A stretch of DNA of 64,000 nt, taken from positions 12,648,001 through 12,712,000 of the forward strand of contig OX597820.1 of NCBI GenBank assembly GCA_951406725.2, given 5' to 3'. A model generated the notes under the pieces. That model saw nothing but the letters and a program-made list of their open reading frames with translations, made no database searches and had not been told where the DNA came from. This document shows, one piece after another, positions 41,228 to 54,971 of the stretch (position 1 is its first letter; every line of letters begins with the position of its first letter). A program made the position numbers and the translations under genes. Origin of the DNA: Octopus vulgaris. Its lineage: Eukaryota.

Positions 41228-41319
41228 CCTACGGACGTACGTTTCGAAATCAAGTTTTAGGAAAGCATAAGAATTAGAAAATTCTACCTTACCCAAGCCT
41301 CTTTTCTCATCAGCGTAGG
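41228..41319 (-). ncRNA. Type I hammerhead ribozyme, canonical core
   Basis: CCUACG-CUGAUGA-GAAA[long imperfect hairpin]UUUC-GAAA-CGUAC-GUC-CGUAGG. Perfect 6-bp stem I, G10.1-C11.1 pair, GUC cleavage triplet. Confidence 0.88.
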
Positions 41320-41429
41320 ATACTACAATTATGAATAATTGTATATTAAATTTTGAGATACTAGAAGGCATTATCTCAACTCAGTGTCAGAGCGAGCCAA
41401 AGCATTACCAGTACCACGAAATTCAAAGT

Positions 41430-41501
<72 letters not shown>

Positions 41502-41519
41502 CATAGATACAAGTGCGGG

Positions 41520-41712
41520 GAGATGTTAGTCACAAACGCATGACAACCTGTCTTGGTGTGTTATTAGGTCACATTTTCGTAATTTAGCGGTTCGGCATGA
41601 AAGACTGGTAGAATATTACCAGGTTTTAAAGCGTTAAGTACTAGAGTTCATTTGTACCACTAAACTCTTCAAGACGGTACCTCAGCATGACTGCAGACCA
41701 ACAAGTAAAACA
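41520..41712 (+). mobile_element. SINE family 1, 3' half (degenerate)
   Basis: TTAGCGGTTCGGCA...CAGCATGACTGCAG...CAAGTAAAA. Confidence 0.65.
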
Positions 41713-42559
41713 AATGGTAGAGAAAAAAGCTATACCTACATACCTACATACATATATACATACATACATGCATACATGCGTGTAATTCATACATATATTC
41801 ATAGGTTCTTACGTATATTTGTAAGTGCACGTGAGTATACAACATTGAATTTTAGATTTTAGAAAATCGTTCGTGAAGATATATTATGTATTGACAACGA
41901 AGGAAAATTACAGGGCGAACAGGAAATAAAGAATCTCTTGAATGCTAACATGAATGAAATAAAATTTCGTTAACGTAAAACATCGAAAATCAAAGCTATA
42001 ATATGTTACATTGTATTAAAAAAACTCGCTGAATGGAAACAGAAAATAAAACAGCAATGTGAAGGTAATAAATAAAAGTATTCGGTTTCTTAGAGCGGTA
42101 CAAATAAAAATGTTCATACAGAGATAAACACAGACACACACGGACACACAGACAAACACACATACAGACACATTTACATATATATATACGCATATGAGTA
42201 TACGCATATGAGTATACGTATATGTATATACATATATGTGATTATATACGTATGCGTGTAAAATAAATAGCAAAGCATAGGCTCGTATAACATATATTTA
42301 TGCGCTGGTGTATATACGAATGTAGAAATATATGGTGGTATTTGCGTGCCGATGCATTGTTAAAGATTTCGATTATATACACAGATATAAGTATATTCTT
42401 ACGTATGTATACGCACACACATGTGTACATACACACGTACACACACACGGGCGCACACATATATATATGAATAACTCTATACATACACATACAGGTGTAC
42501 ATATATACATATATAGATCTATACATACACTGACATGTGTGCGAACGCGTGCGTGTGCA

Positions 42560-43066
<507 letters not shown>

Positions 43067-43689
43067 TTTGTATTTGATACTCTCCCTACGCAACGATACA
43101 AAAAAAATCTAATGGAGGAAGACAAATATGTTTTGCTGGGCACATTGATATTTGGAAATCAAAATATAAATATATCGATAATAATTTATTTAGATAAATA
43201 TAGACATAAAGAAAAATGATGAAATACATGACCTAGATAGAGAAATATGATATTATTTATTCTGCATCGCATAATGTAATGTTCTTTATCCAATGAAATC
43301 TTTCAATTTGCTATCTCTTGTTTGTGAATTCATATTTACGCTTTTTACATTTGTATATTGTGTTCCTTGTGTTGTATATTAGATTTTTATGATTTTTCTA
43401 TACATAACTATCTACCTCGTTATCTATAGACAGACGGACAGACACGCACACACTCACACACGCACACGCAGGCATACACACACACACACACATACACACA
43501 GACGACCTGTGGCTCTTGTTCCACTGGGGGGCACCAATCCCATTAGTGCGGTTTTTCGTCAGGGTATAGACCCACTAAATCTATGCTGTATTGTTCCGTT
43601 GTTTAATCTGTTCAGGTCTGCTCTCGACCAAAGCAGGACACCGGTAGCACCTCAAGATGGATATGTCTCTTCACCACGCAGCATGGTCT

Positions 43690-43950
43690 CAGTTAGTTAG
43701 TTAGTTAATTTTTTGGTTCAAAAAGCAAAAACCAAGGCCATGTAGGGGGACATGGAGTTATGTACAGGGTGGTGTTCATGTAAAGAGTTCAGGCCACTTG
43801 TGGTCAAGGGAGACTTTGAACCGAGCGATCGTCGGCATATTCACTATCTCATCCGGCAGCTTATTCCACGGATCCACAACCCGGACGGAGAAAGCCCCTC
43901 TCCTTGGTTTGAGATGAAATCGTCGCAGATAGAGCTTTTCGGAGTCAGAC
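43690..43950 (-). mobile_element. CR1 LINE 3' end with (CTAA)n tail
   Basis: FSVRVVDPWNKLPDEIVNMPTIARFKVSLD motif. Confidence 0.82.
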
Positions 43951-44019
43951 TAGAAGAGGTTATAGTTTCACTTCACTAGTCTCTAATGGATCATTGGTCT
44001 CTAATGGATCAATGCCACA

Positions 44020-44182
44020 TCATCACCATATCTTTTTTCTTGTTTCTTTCTGTGTTCCTTTCTGTGGAAGAGCGTAGGCTCGAAACGTTAAAGACTTTTT
44101 CAATTCCCGAGCGTTATACTAACACATCTGTTTGTTTTCCACACCACTTGTCTTCGTCTTTTGGTTTTTTTTCGTGAATTCT
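44020..44182 (+). mobile_element. Penelope pseudo-LTR-like short element with minimal hammerhead-like motif
   Basis: CTTT-CTGTGGAA-GAGC-GTAG-GCTC-GAAACGTT-AAAG. Homologous to 34597-34770. Confidence 0.6.
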
Positions 44183-44369
44183 CTACATACATACATACAT
44201 AAATACATACATACATACATACATACATACATGCAGACATACATGCATACATATATACATACATACATGCATGCAGACATACATACATACATACATACAT
44301 ACATGCATACATACATATATACATACATACATACATGAAGACATACATACATACATACATACATACTTA

Positions 44370-46826
44370 CATACATACATATCTGCGTGTATCTGTGTAT
44401 TTATTCCTGTTTCTTCATACGTGTGTGGTATATATGCTTATGTTTCATCCGTTACTTAACTATGGCATTGGTGTGTTCGTAATTAAATGGAAATCTTTTT
44501 ATATTTCGAGATGCTCCTGTTGAAAGTAGACGTGAGACAGAGAGTCACTGAAAAGGTCACAGGATGTGTGATGAAAGATTTCAGACAAAGGATACTAAAA
44601 TAAAAACCATAATAGAGCTGAAGTGAAGAATGAATGTATGGCGCATGTTTTTTTTTCTCTATTCTGGCAAAAATGACCGTCCTGAAATATGACAATATCT
44701 GTTTCGAAACATGGATTTCACATCAGGAATCATGCAAAACAAATACATAAGCATAAAAAAGAAAATGTAAATCTTTAACACACAAGTTGTTTTGACACGC
44801 AAACGTTGTGTGCCGCTGGTCAGATAAATTCCGTTAAGATTGTAAAGATTAAAGATTTCTCAGCGCCAAAATTACTTTCACTTTTTTGGTAGTGGACTTA
44901 CACCATTTATCGAAAAGTAGTCAAATTGAACTGGCATAGTCGTTTCAACAGTAAATATTAAAACAGTAAATGTTAAAACATCACTAAATCATACTAAATG
45001 ATTAATTTGCATAACTGCATGAAGATTCGATTTAAAAGCAGAAACACACATAAAACATAACTACAATGAAAGCATTTGTAAATGGGATTGCAGCGTGACA
45101 TGAAGCAAATTTATATTTTACGTTGACAGATGTTTTCATTGAAATAAAGAAAATATACGTAGGTTTGTTATGCTCTGAAAGTTCTTTAGATATTTCTTTA
45201 TATTCTAGGATAAAAGAAATGAGATACTGTGGTAGAGTATACTTACTATGGTCTTTTGTGTCAGTCAGGTCAAGATGTAATGTAACTGTTCACTGCGATA
45301 CATGAATGTTATACATGAGAAATGAGAAACGTCAGAAATCCAGTTTCATAGAAAAAGCAAATAACATCGAGGAGTATTTGTACGAGTTTCCCTAAGTAAA
45401 TCTTTATCTAGATTTAGAAAACCTGTTAAAGATTTATCCTTGTTGTGAATTATCCTTGACTATGGTTTCTGTTAATATGGTTTATATTCTTTTACTTGTT
45501 TCAGGAATTCGATTATGACCATGCTGGAGCACCGCCTTTAACCGAACAAATCGACCGTAGGATTTATTCTTTGTACGCCTAGTACTTACTGTATCGGACA
45601 CTTTTGCCGAAGCTGTACGTTACAGCGATGTAAACACACTATCATCGGTTATCAAGCGATGGTGAGGGGGACGAAAAGAATATAAACCATATTAACAGAA
45701 ACCATAGTCAAGCATAATTCACAAGGATAAATCTTTAACAGGTTTTCTAAATCTAGATAAAGATTTACTTAGGGAAACTCGTACAAATACTCCTCGATGT
45801 TATTTGCTTTTTCTATGAAACTGGATTTCTGGCGTTTCTCATTTCTCATGTATAACATTCATGTATCGCAGTGAACAGTTACATTACATCTTGACCTGAC
45901 ACAAAAGACCATAGTACGTATATTCTACCACAGTATCTCATTTCATTTATCCTAGAATATAAAGAAAGATCTAAAGAACTTTCAGAGCATAACAAACCTA
46001 CGTATATTTTTCTTTATTTCAATGAAAACATCTGTCAAAGTAAAATATAAATTTGCTTCATGTCACGCTGCAATCCCATTTACAAGTGCTTTCATTGTAG
46101 TTATGTCTTATGTGTGCTTCTGCTTTTATATAAACGTGATAAAATGAGAAATACAAATCGAATCTTCATGCAGTTATGCAAATTAATCATTTACTATGAT
46201 TAATCATGTTTTAACATTTGCAGTTATATTTACTTCTAAAATAACTATGCCAAATGGTGTAAGTCCACCACCCCCAAAAATTAAGGTAATTTTGGTGCTG
46301 AGAAATCTTTAATCTTTACAATCTCAACGGAATTTATCTCACTTCCAAATTTATGATATTGACCAGCGACACACAACGTTTGCGTGTCAAAACAACTTGA
46401 ATGTTAAAAATTTACATTTTCTTTTTTATGTTTATATATATATGGTTTGCATGATTCCTGATGTGAAATCCTTGTGTCGAAACAGATATTGTCATATTTC
46501 GGGATGGTCATTTTTGCCAAACCCTCCCCCCCCCAAAAAAACAAAAAAACATGCGCCATACATTCATTCTTCATTTCAGCTCTATTATAGTTTTTATTTT
46601 AGTATCCTTTGTCTGAAATCTTTCATCACACACCCTGTGACCTCTTCAGCGACTCTCTGTCTCACGTGTACTTTCAACAGGAGCATCTCGAAATATAAAA
46701 AGATTTACATTTACTTATGAACATACCAGTGCCATAGTTATGTAACGGATGAAACATAAGCATATATACCACACACGTATGAAGAAACAGGAATAAATAC
46801 ACAGATACACGCAGATATGTATGTAT
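44370..46826. repeat. Long inverted repeat: arms ~44370-45493 and 45674-46826, 180-bp spacer
   Basis: Arms are reverse complements along their whole length, with scattered substitutions and indels. Confidence 0.95.
45488..45673 (-). mobile_element. SINE family 1, 3' half (spacer of the inverted repeat)
   Basis: TTTTACTTGTTTCAG...CATGCTGGAGCACCGCCTTTA. Confidence 0.85.
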
Positions 46827-47078
46827 TTACGTAGGTATGTATGTGTGATGAGTGATCTTCGATTTATGAGTTCGAAATAGTGCTCATGTATACAGAGAGT
46901 AATTTATATAAATTATAAATTTACTAGAATTCGGGACGAAAGAATAAATACTAGGAATTAAATTCTAAATGAAGCAACAGAACAAAATATGAATCTAGTG
47001 GGGTTATGCCCTGACAGAGAAGAAAGACACACACTGGTAACACTAGCGCCCACTAGTGGGACAGGAGCCAAACAACGC

Positions 47079-47128
<50 letters not shown>

Positions 47129-47134
47129 GATACA

Positions 47135-48398
47135 CTAGGTTGGCAACTAAGTTCCCGCCGGTTTTTTTAAATTTTGGAATCTATTTTTTCGACAATATTT
47201 TTTTTGAATCATTTTGGAATCTATTTTGTGTGTTTTTTTTCGAGTTAATATTAGTTAATTTTTGTTTATTTTCAGATCATTAAAATGGAATGTCAAGTTA
47301 AGAAAAACGAGCATTTTCGACACCTCCTCCTTTTTGCCTTTAATCACGGTTCTAAGGCCGCAAAAGCTGCTCGCGACATTTGTGCTGTGTATGGAGAGGG
47401 TGCCATAGCTGAAAGAACCACTCGGGATTGCTATGGCAAGTTCGGAATTGGAAATTTTGACCTCAAAGGCGCACCTCGTTCTGGCCGTCCAGTTCAGTTC
47501 GATGAAGAGCGATTAAACCAACTTTTGCAAGAAAATCTTCGTCAAACGACAAGAGAACTGGTAGAGAAAACGGAATGCTGCGATAGAGACGCATCTTCAC
47601 TCGATGGGAAAGGCTCAGAACTATGGAGCACGGGTTCCGCATGCTTTAAGTGACAACAACAAAAATCAACGAACCACAATCTCCGCTGGTTTGCTTGCTC
47701 GTTACCGCTCAACTTATTGACACAAGCAACGAATTCTTTACCGAATCGTTACTGGCGACGAAAACTGGTGCCTGTACATCAACATGAAACAGCGTAAGGA
47801 ATGGCTTAGCCCCGGTAAATAAGCGATACTGCGCGAGAAACAAGATCTTCATCCGCGTAAAACGATGTTGTGCATATGGTGGGACTGGGAAGGGATTATC
47901 CATTACGAATTGCTTAAACAAAACCAAACGGTCAACGCAGAACTCTATGTTCAACAGATGGAAGGACTCAACACGGCTATTCAAGAGAAAAGACCTAATC
48001 GACAGCATGGAGTTCTTCTGCTGCACGACAACGCCCGCCCTCATATCACCAATATGACCAAGGAAACCATTCAAAGGCATGGCTGGGAAGTGCTTCCACA
48101 CCCACCGTACTCTCCTGATTGAGCACCAACAGATTTCTACCTCTTTCGGTCTATTTCAAATGCTATGCGCGGAGTTTCGTTCAATACTGATGCAGAATTG
48201 AGAGCTTGGTTGTATCAATTTTTCGAGTCGAAATCGGGTGCCTTCTAACAACGAGGTATTGAAAATCTTGTTGAACGTTGGGAAGAAGTTGTAACCAACA
48301 AGGTAAAATACATTATTGATTAATTAGTTGTTATTTTTTTTTTATTAAACCTTAAAAATTTTTTAATTAAAATAAACAGAAATTAGTTGCCAACCTAA
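47135..48398 (+). mobile_element. Full-length decayed mariner DNA transposon
   Basis: TIRs (C/T)TAGGTTGGCAACTAA at both ends; ~1.26 kb. Confidence 0.92.
47285..48321 (+). pseudogene. Mariner DD34D transposase pseudogene
   Basis: HTH region ...RSGRP, IVTGDENW, HDNARPH, PHPPYSPD*APTDF. Frameshift and stops. Confidence 0.92.
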
Positions 48399-48739
48399 CA
48401 GACATATGATGTTTACAGATTTACCGCAGTAACTGGTATATAGTTCATAGATTCACAAGTCGACAAATGAATTCTGATTAGCTGCGTGTCTAGTGTGACT
48501 AATGTCTCAAGAAATTAGACATGCGTCTGACGAGTGTTCAGTATTTTTTCTCTAGATTTGAAACTAGTAGTAATGTATTTATTACACTAACACTTTAAAC
48601 TGTTGCATATTTATGCAATTAAAAGATATGCATATAAGTATAAGGGGTGTTTATATATATACATACACACACATATGATATTATATATATATTATATATT
48701 ATATATTATATATTATATATATATATAAAACTTAGAACT

Positions 48740-49330
48740 TAGATAAAACTTAGATATATTTCGACCAAAGATTGGTCCAGGCCATGTCTAACTTAATAGC
48801 ACCACCTGATAGGATTATCTAAATCCTGCTTAAGTGAAATTTTGTTTATGGTCCATTCAAGTAGTGAGTTTTTGTTGGGTGAGTTGTATCCAATTATGGG
48901 TGGCTTATCTGGTATTCCTTGAAGGAATCTATCCAGACTCCGTTTAAAGTTGATGGGATCCTTTTCCTCTTTGATCTCTTTCGGGACAATGTTGAATAGG
49001 GCAGGGCCTGTTGAGGAAAAGAAATTATGTTGCAGTGCACATGTATGCTGTGATCTTGAATTGGGCAGGAGACGTATGGCCCGTGGTCCCAGTCTTGGAT
49101 GAACCTTGAAGCTAATGTTCAGGTCGTTTGGGCAAAGTTGGCGGTATATTCTCCACATCGTACAAATTATGTACCACTCACGGTGACGCTGGAGAGAGTA
49201 GAGTTTCAAGGCTTTAAGGCGATCCCAATAATCGAGAGCAGCCATGCCTTCAATTCGTTTAGTGAGTGCCCTCTGGGGTGATGCAATCCTCGAGATGTTT
49301 TGTTTTGTATGGGAAGACCACAGTGAGAAA
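48740..49330 (-). mobile_element. CR1-type LINE 3' end fragment
   Basis: QRALTKRIEGMAALDYWDRLKALKLYSLQR...FNIVPKEIK...FKRSLDRFLQGIPD. Confidence 0.88.
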
Positions 49331-50398
49331 TATGGTGTGCTACCCGTCAGCAGTATAACCTCAGAGAGAAAGGACCTTGACATGCATGGAAGATACTTTC
49401 AAATATGTTGAAGTGTTATAGATCATTGAAGACTGGACGTAAAGAGAGGAAACCAAAGCTTGTTGACAAGAAAATCTAAAATCTAGTTTATACGACGAAA
49501 AGTTTATTAATGCTCATATTGAATTGTGGATATCCAGCTGTTTAAAGTATGAGTAGAATACTGTTAAATATATATTATGTCCAGGGTATGCAATTCATTC
49601 GTATTTGAAAGAACAGACAATAAATTGGGTAATCAAACATGTAAATCTATCTATCTGTCTATCTATCGATCTATCTATATGTTAGTCTGTATGCACATTT
49701 GTCTGTCTGTCTATCTGTCTGTCTGTCTGTCTGTCTGTCTGCCTGTCTATCTATCTAACTATCCATATATCTATAGCTATCTATATATATATATATACAC
49801 ACACACACAGGGAAACAGACAGACAGGCGGAGAAATAGACAGGTAGACAGAAACAGACCGACGAAGGAAACGGTAGAGATAAATAAGTAGACGGACACAC
49901 ACACACACATGTTACATATAGCTCTACTCTTTCATTCATATGATGGAAATATATGTGACACCCGACTTTGTGTGTTATTATTTTATGGGCGCGACATGAG
50001 GAAACGAGACACACAGACACACAGAGTCTAGAATAATAGAAAATACTTAATACTTCATGAGTTTTATTGCTATTTTGCCATATATTCTCCACTGAGTTTG
50101 TACTTTAAGTTGGTTTGATTTAGCCGTCGATAAATCTATTTTGCGGGGTTTATTGATAAAATCAATGGCGTAGCAACTGTAAAAATAAATAATACCCGAA
50201 GTTTGAAAACATCACGCACAAAACAACTGAAGTATATACAGATCAGTACTTATATGAGAATTTCCCCTCCATACTGCAAACGACAAATAATGCGTAAATT
50301 GCTTACTGTATAAATCGTAGTTATTACTTTGCATGCTTCTGTATTATAACATATTGGCGAAATCAGTAAAATGTTGCTTACAAAATCTTGTAGTATCA

Positions 50399-50983
50399 GG
50401 GCGGCGAGCTGGCAGAAACGTTAGCACGCCGGGCGAATTGCTTACCGGTATTTCGTTTGCCGTTACGTTCTAAGTTCTAATTCCACCGTGGTCGGCTTTG
50501 CCATTTATCCTTTCGGGGTCGATAAATTATGTACCAGTTACGCACTGGGGTCGATGTGATTGACTTAATCCGTTTATACTGTCCTTGTTTGTCCTCTCTG
50601 TGTTTAGCCCCTTCTGGGTAGTAAAGAAATAGGTACTTTGCCTGCCGCTACGTTCTGAGTTCAAATTCCGCCGAGGTCGACTTTGCCTTTCATCCTTTCG
50701 GGGTCGATTATATAAGTACCAGTTACGTACTGGGATCGATGTGATCGACTTAATCCGTTTGTCTGTCTTTGTTTGTCCTCTCTGTGTTTAGCCCCTTGTG
50801 GGTAGGAAAGAAATAGGTACTTTGTCTGCCGCTACGTTCTGAGTTCAAATTCCGCCGTGGTCGACTTTGCCTTTCATCCTTTTGGGATCTGTAAAGTAAG
50901 TACTAGTTGCGTATTGGGGTCGATCTAATCGACTGGCCCCTTCCCCCAAAATTTTGGGGTTTGTGCCTAGAATGGAAAAGAAT
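50399..50983 (+). mobile_element. SINE family 2 trimer
   Basis: One head, two internal restarts (~50632 and ~50816), final tail A. Confidence 0.9.
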
Positions 50984-51645
50984 AGCTTGTAGTATCTCCG
51001 TCACTCTACGAGCTGAGTTTAGCTTCCACCACTTTCAGTGTTATCTACTTAAGTGGAATTTACCTGCCATGCTTTCAGGAGTCGATATATTTAAAATAAG
51101 TCGGTTTCATGTGTAGCGTTCGATCTCATTGATTTCTCTGTTCCCAAAATGCATGACCGCGTGATAACATGAGATAGTATTATAATATGATCTTTTGTAG
51201 TACAAAATATGAAAAGTGTGATATGCGTGTAAGATCAACATTATCGCTTAAAGCATGATTTTACGTGCTAAGAAATAATAAGGTAATTTATGACACTGTA
51301 ATTAAATGATGTTCAACAAAAACTGGATACTAAAATGCAAATATATACATAAATGATTTATCGATGACAAAAAAAAAATAATCACCACCAGTGCATGAAT
51401 ACTAAAGAATTTATCAACACCATTCGGATTAAAGGGAAAAGATATCATGCAAGGGATTGAACTGGTGACTATAGCAAGAGAGAAAGGCAGTCCAAGCCAT
51501 TTAGTTTTCAAATTCCTTCCAACGCTCCGCCGGATTATGAAAGCATTTGAATATTTAGATAAATAAATAAATGGAAAATCAATATTTAAATACAATTGCA
51601 GTGCATTTTACACGATAATGGTTCAAACACGATTATCAAAAAAAT

Positions 51646-51657
51646 ATAATAATAATG

Positions 51658-51736
<79 letters not shown>

Positions 51737-51738
51737 TA
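51646..51738. repeat. (AAT)n microsatellite
   Basis: Directly visible. Confidence 0.97.
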
Positions 51739-52199
51739 ACAACAAATACAAAGGAAATTTTAGAAGCAATACCACAGCCATATCTCTGCACACGGCCCAG
51801 ATTGGTGAGAAGATATGAGAGATATTTATATCACGATAAATTGAAATAAGTATCGATATATATTCGCAACAATAGAAATTCCAATGAGTATTGATCTCAT
51901 GCATTTCAGGAATAATGTGCAGCTTTATACACATAAAATACGATATGGCATTTGCAACAAGGCCCCTGATAATCTTTTGTTTAACTATATCCAATGCTCG
52001 TCTCAGAGACAGGATTTAGATAGATTTAATTATATATATATGTGACATGAACAATGCGTGAATTCGTCTTAAGATATTTTTTTTTAAATTACGTAAAATG
52101 AAAAATAGAGTTAATATATATTCTTACACGAATACCTACACAGGTAATCACAAAATCATACACACATGTACACACTCATATATACATACATATACATAC

Positions 52200-52232
<33 letters not shown>

Positions 52233-52335
52233 CATATATATACATATATATACATATACATGCATATATATATATACATACACACCACACACACACACAT
52301 ACATACATACATACATACATACATACATACATACA

Positions 52336-52371
<36 letters not shown>

Positions 52372-53063
52372 CATATGGATGTCATATCCAGTTATATCTA
52401 ATATGAAAAGCAATAAAGATTTCAAATATTTTAGAATCCAAGCTTTGAAAAATACTCTATTTTCCCAATTTCGAAATAAGTTTTGAAACACATAAATAAA
52501 TACATATACATACAATGATTTATACATGTGTGTGTCAGCGTGACTGAGTGTGTGTATGTCAACATATGTGTATATTTGGTGGTGGGGAGGTGGTGTATAT
52601 GCGTGCGCGTGTGTCACCTATACAATTATATCTAATATGAAAAGCAATTCTGATCTGAAAAATGTTTAGAATCCAAACTCGGAAAAATACTCTACTTTTC
52701 GAATTTTATAATCAGTTTTGAAACCATGAGATCAACTTACAAACAAGATTCCACACCAAAACACTATATTTAATTAAACTTAAGCGTTAAGTCCAGCAGG
52801 ATACGGGCGTTACTGTAACAATGTGTAACAACAAGATGGTGTCTATGTGATGATAAAATGATGGAAATGTCAGGAAAACAAAAAGGATGTATTTACGTAT
52901 TTTTGGTATAATAATGCAGTTGATCCTATATTGTAGATGGAATTACGAAATGAATATCCAAAAAGTATAATAAAACCGATGATGATGCCTAGTGGTCTGT
53001 GTACCATTATTTAAATGAAGCAGTTCAAATTTGAAAACGCTTTACTGCCTCACGATCTTCGGG

Positions 53064-53547
53064 ATACATACATACATACATACATACATACATACGTACA
53101 CATACATACATACATACATATGTACATATACATACATACATACATACACACATACATACATACACACATACATATATACATACATACATACATACATACA
53201 TACACACATACATGCATACATACATACACACATACACACATACATACACACATTCATACATACATACAAACATACATACATACATACATACATACACACG
53301 TACATACATACACACATACACATATACATACATACACACATACATACACACATACATACATACATACATACATACATACATACACACACACATACATACA
53401 CACACACATACATACATACACACACACATACATACATACATACATACACACACACATACATACATACACACACATACATGCACACATACATACACACATA
53501 CATACACACATACATACATACATACATACATGTATACATACATACAT

Positions 53548-53578
<31 letters not shown>

Positions 53579-53654
53579 TACACACATGCATACATACATA
53601 CATACATACATACATACATACATACATACATACATACATACATACATACATACA
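53064..53654. repeat. (ATAC)n/(AC)n compound microsatellite
   Basis: Directly visible. Confidence 0.96.
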
Positions 53655-53789
53655 TGTGTAAGGCAATGAAGTTCTTCAAATGAATGCTTATTCCTTTCCC
53701 ATCTCAAGCCATATCTATCTATCTACGTATCTATGTTGAAAACAGAGGGTTACCCACTTGCAAACAAATGTGGTAACATATAACAATAT

Positions 53790-54168
53790 TGACCAAGGTT
53801 ACCGTGGTCTTTTTCGTAGGCTTTTCTTCCCACGGATAAACCTTACTTGCTTTCCCCTTTACACCTTACATCATAACACTGTGATACACGATCCATATTG
53901 ATCGGTTTTTTTTCCTCTTCCCCCTTTTCCCCCTTTTTTCTTCTTTTTTCATTTCTCTTTTCATTTTGTTCCTTTTCCTTTTTTTTTATATATTTTGTTC
54001 TTTTTTTCCCTTTTACGATCCCTTTTGATCGAAAACCTACACCACCTTTTTTTTGTTTGTTTCTTTGGTTTTTTTTTTGGGGGGGGGGGTTTCATCCCCC
54101 AAAAGAAAAGCTCTACCTTGTAACTTGTCCCATCTGTGTGCAGCCCTGGTGTGGCCAATAAAGAAACT
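53790..54168 (+). mobile_element. LINE 3' UTR fragment (same family as 12775-13135)
   Basis: CATAACACTGTGATACACGATCC...CCCAAAAGAAAAGCTCTACCTTGTAACTTGTCCC...GTGGCCAATAAAGAAA. Confidence 0.75.
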
Positions 54169-54819
54169 TATCTATTGATCTATATGTCTATCTATCGATC
54201 TATCTCTCTATACGTATATATGTATGTGTATGCGCGTGTGTATTTGTGTGTGCTTATGTGTGTGCATATGTGCGTGTGTGCGTGTGCTTTCGTTATTATA
54301 CTCAACCACATTATACTCCCACCATTGCATGATTAGTGCAGGATCCCAGGCAGTCTGGGATGGATTATAACGTAATATAAAGAGCCCATCAATAATGACA
54401 GAAACCATAGGCCTGAGGTTGGTAGTCTTGTATTCTCTGTTACGTATGTTTCAGTATTCGAATTGCAAAATGCCACGCAATGAGTGCAATTCTTAGATGC
54501 ATCTCGTAACTGCAACATTCATAATCATTCCGGGCACTTTTTCAGACAGACATGAAAGTTTACCGCAGAAGGGACTAATCAATAACATCGATGACATCGA
54601 TCCCAGTGTTTGATTGACGTTTTGTTTTTCTTTTTTGCCGTTCTATCCCGAACGGATAAATGATAATGTTGACCTCGACACGATTTGACCTCAGAGCATA
54701 AAGACCCATAAACACGCTTTAACGATTTTGAGCATTAATAATTGTTCCTATTATAGACGAAGCCCTGGAATTAGGGATAAGTGGATATCATCAACGTCCA
54801 TTATTTTGATTAGTATTTC

Positions 54820-54971
54820 ATGTTTACGTCCCCGTAACTTAGGAGTCCGGCAAAAGAGACCGATAGAATAATTACTAAGCTTACAAAGTTTTGGGGTCGA
54901 TTTGTTCGTCTCAAGCCTGTGTTACAGCATGGCCGCAGTCATATGACTGAAACAAGTAAAAGAATAAAAGA
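54820..54971 (+). mobile_element. SINE family 1 3' fragment
   Basis: GTTTACGTCCCCGTAACTTA...GACTGAAACAAGTAAAAG. Confidence 0.75.

Noticed and set aside
46840-46895. GUGAUGA...GAAA...UC hammerhead-like string
   Set aside because: C3 is missing, stems are weak, and stem I relies on microsatellite sequence.
50399-50983. Regularly spaced repeats suggestive of a CRISPR array or tRNA cluster
   Set aside because: Units are ~185-bp SINE bodies without unique spacers or complete cloverleaves, in a eukaryotic context.
52390-52725. Local diverged ~95-bp direct repeat (similar pair at ~28260 and ~29160)
   Set aside because: Ordinary old local duplications with no further structure.
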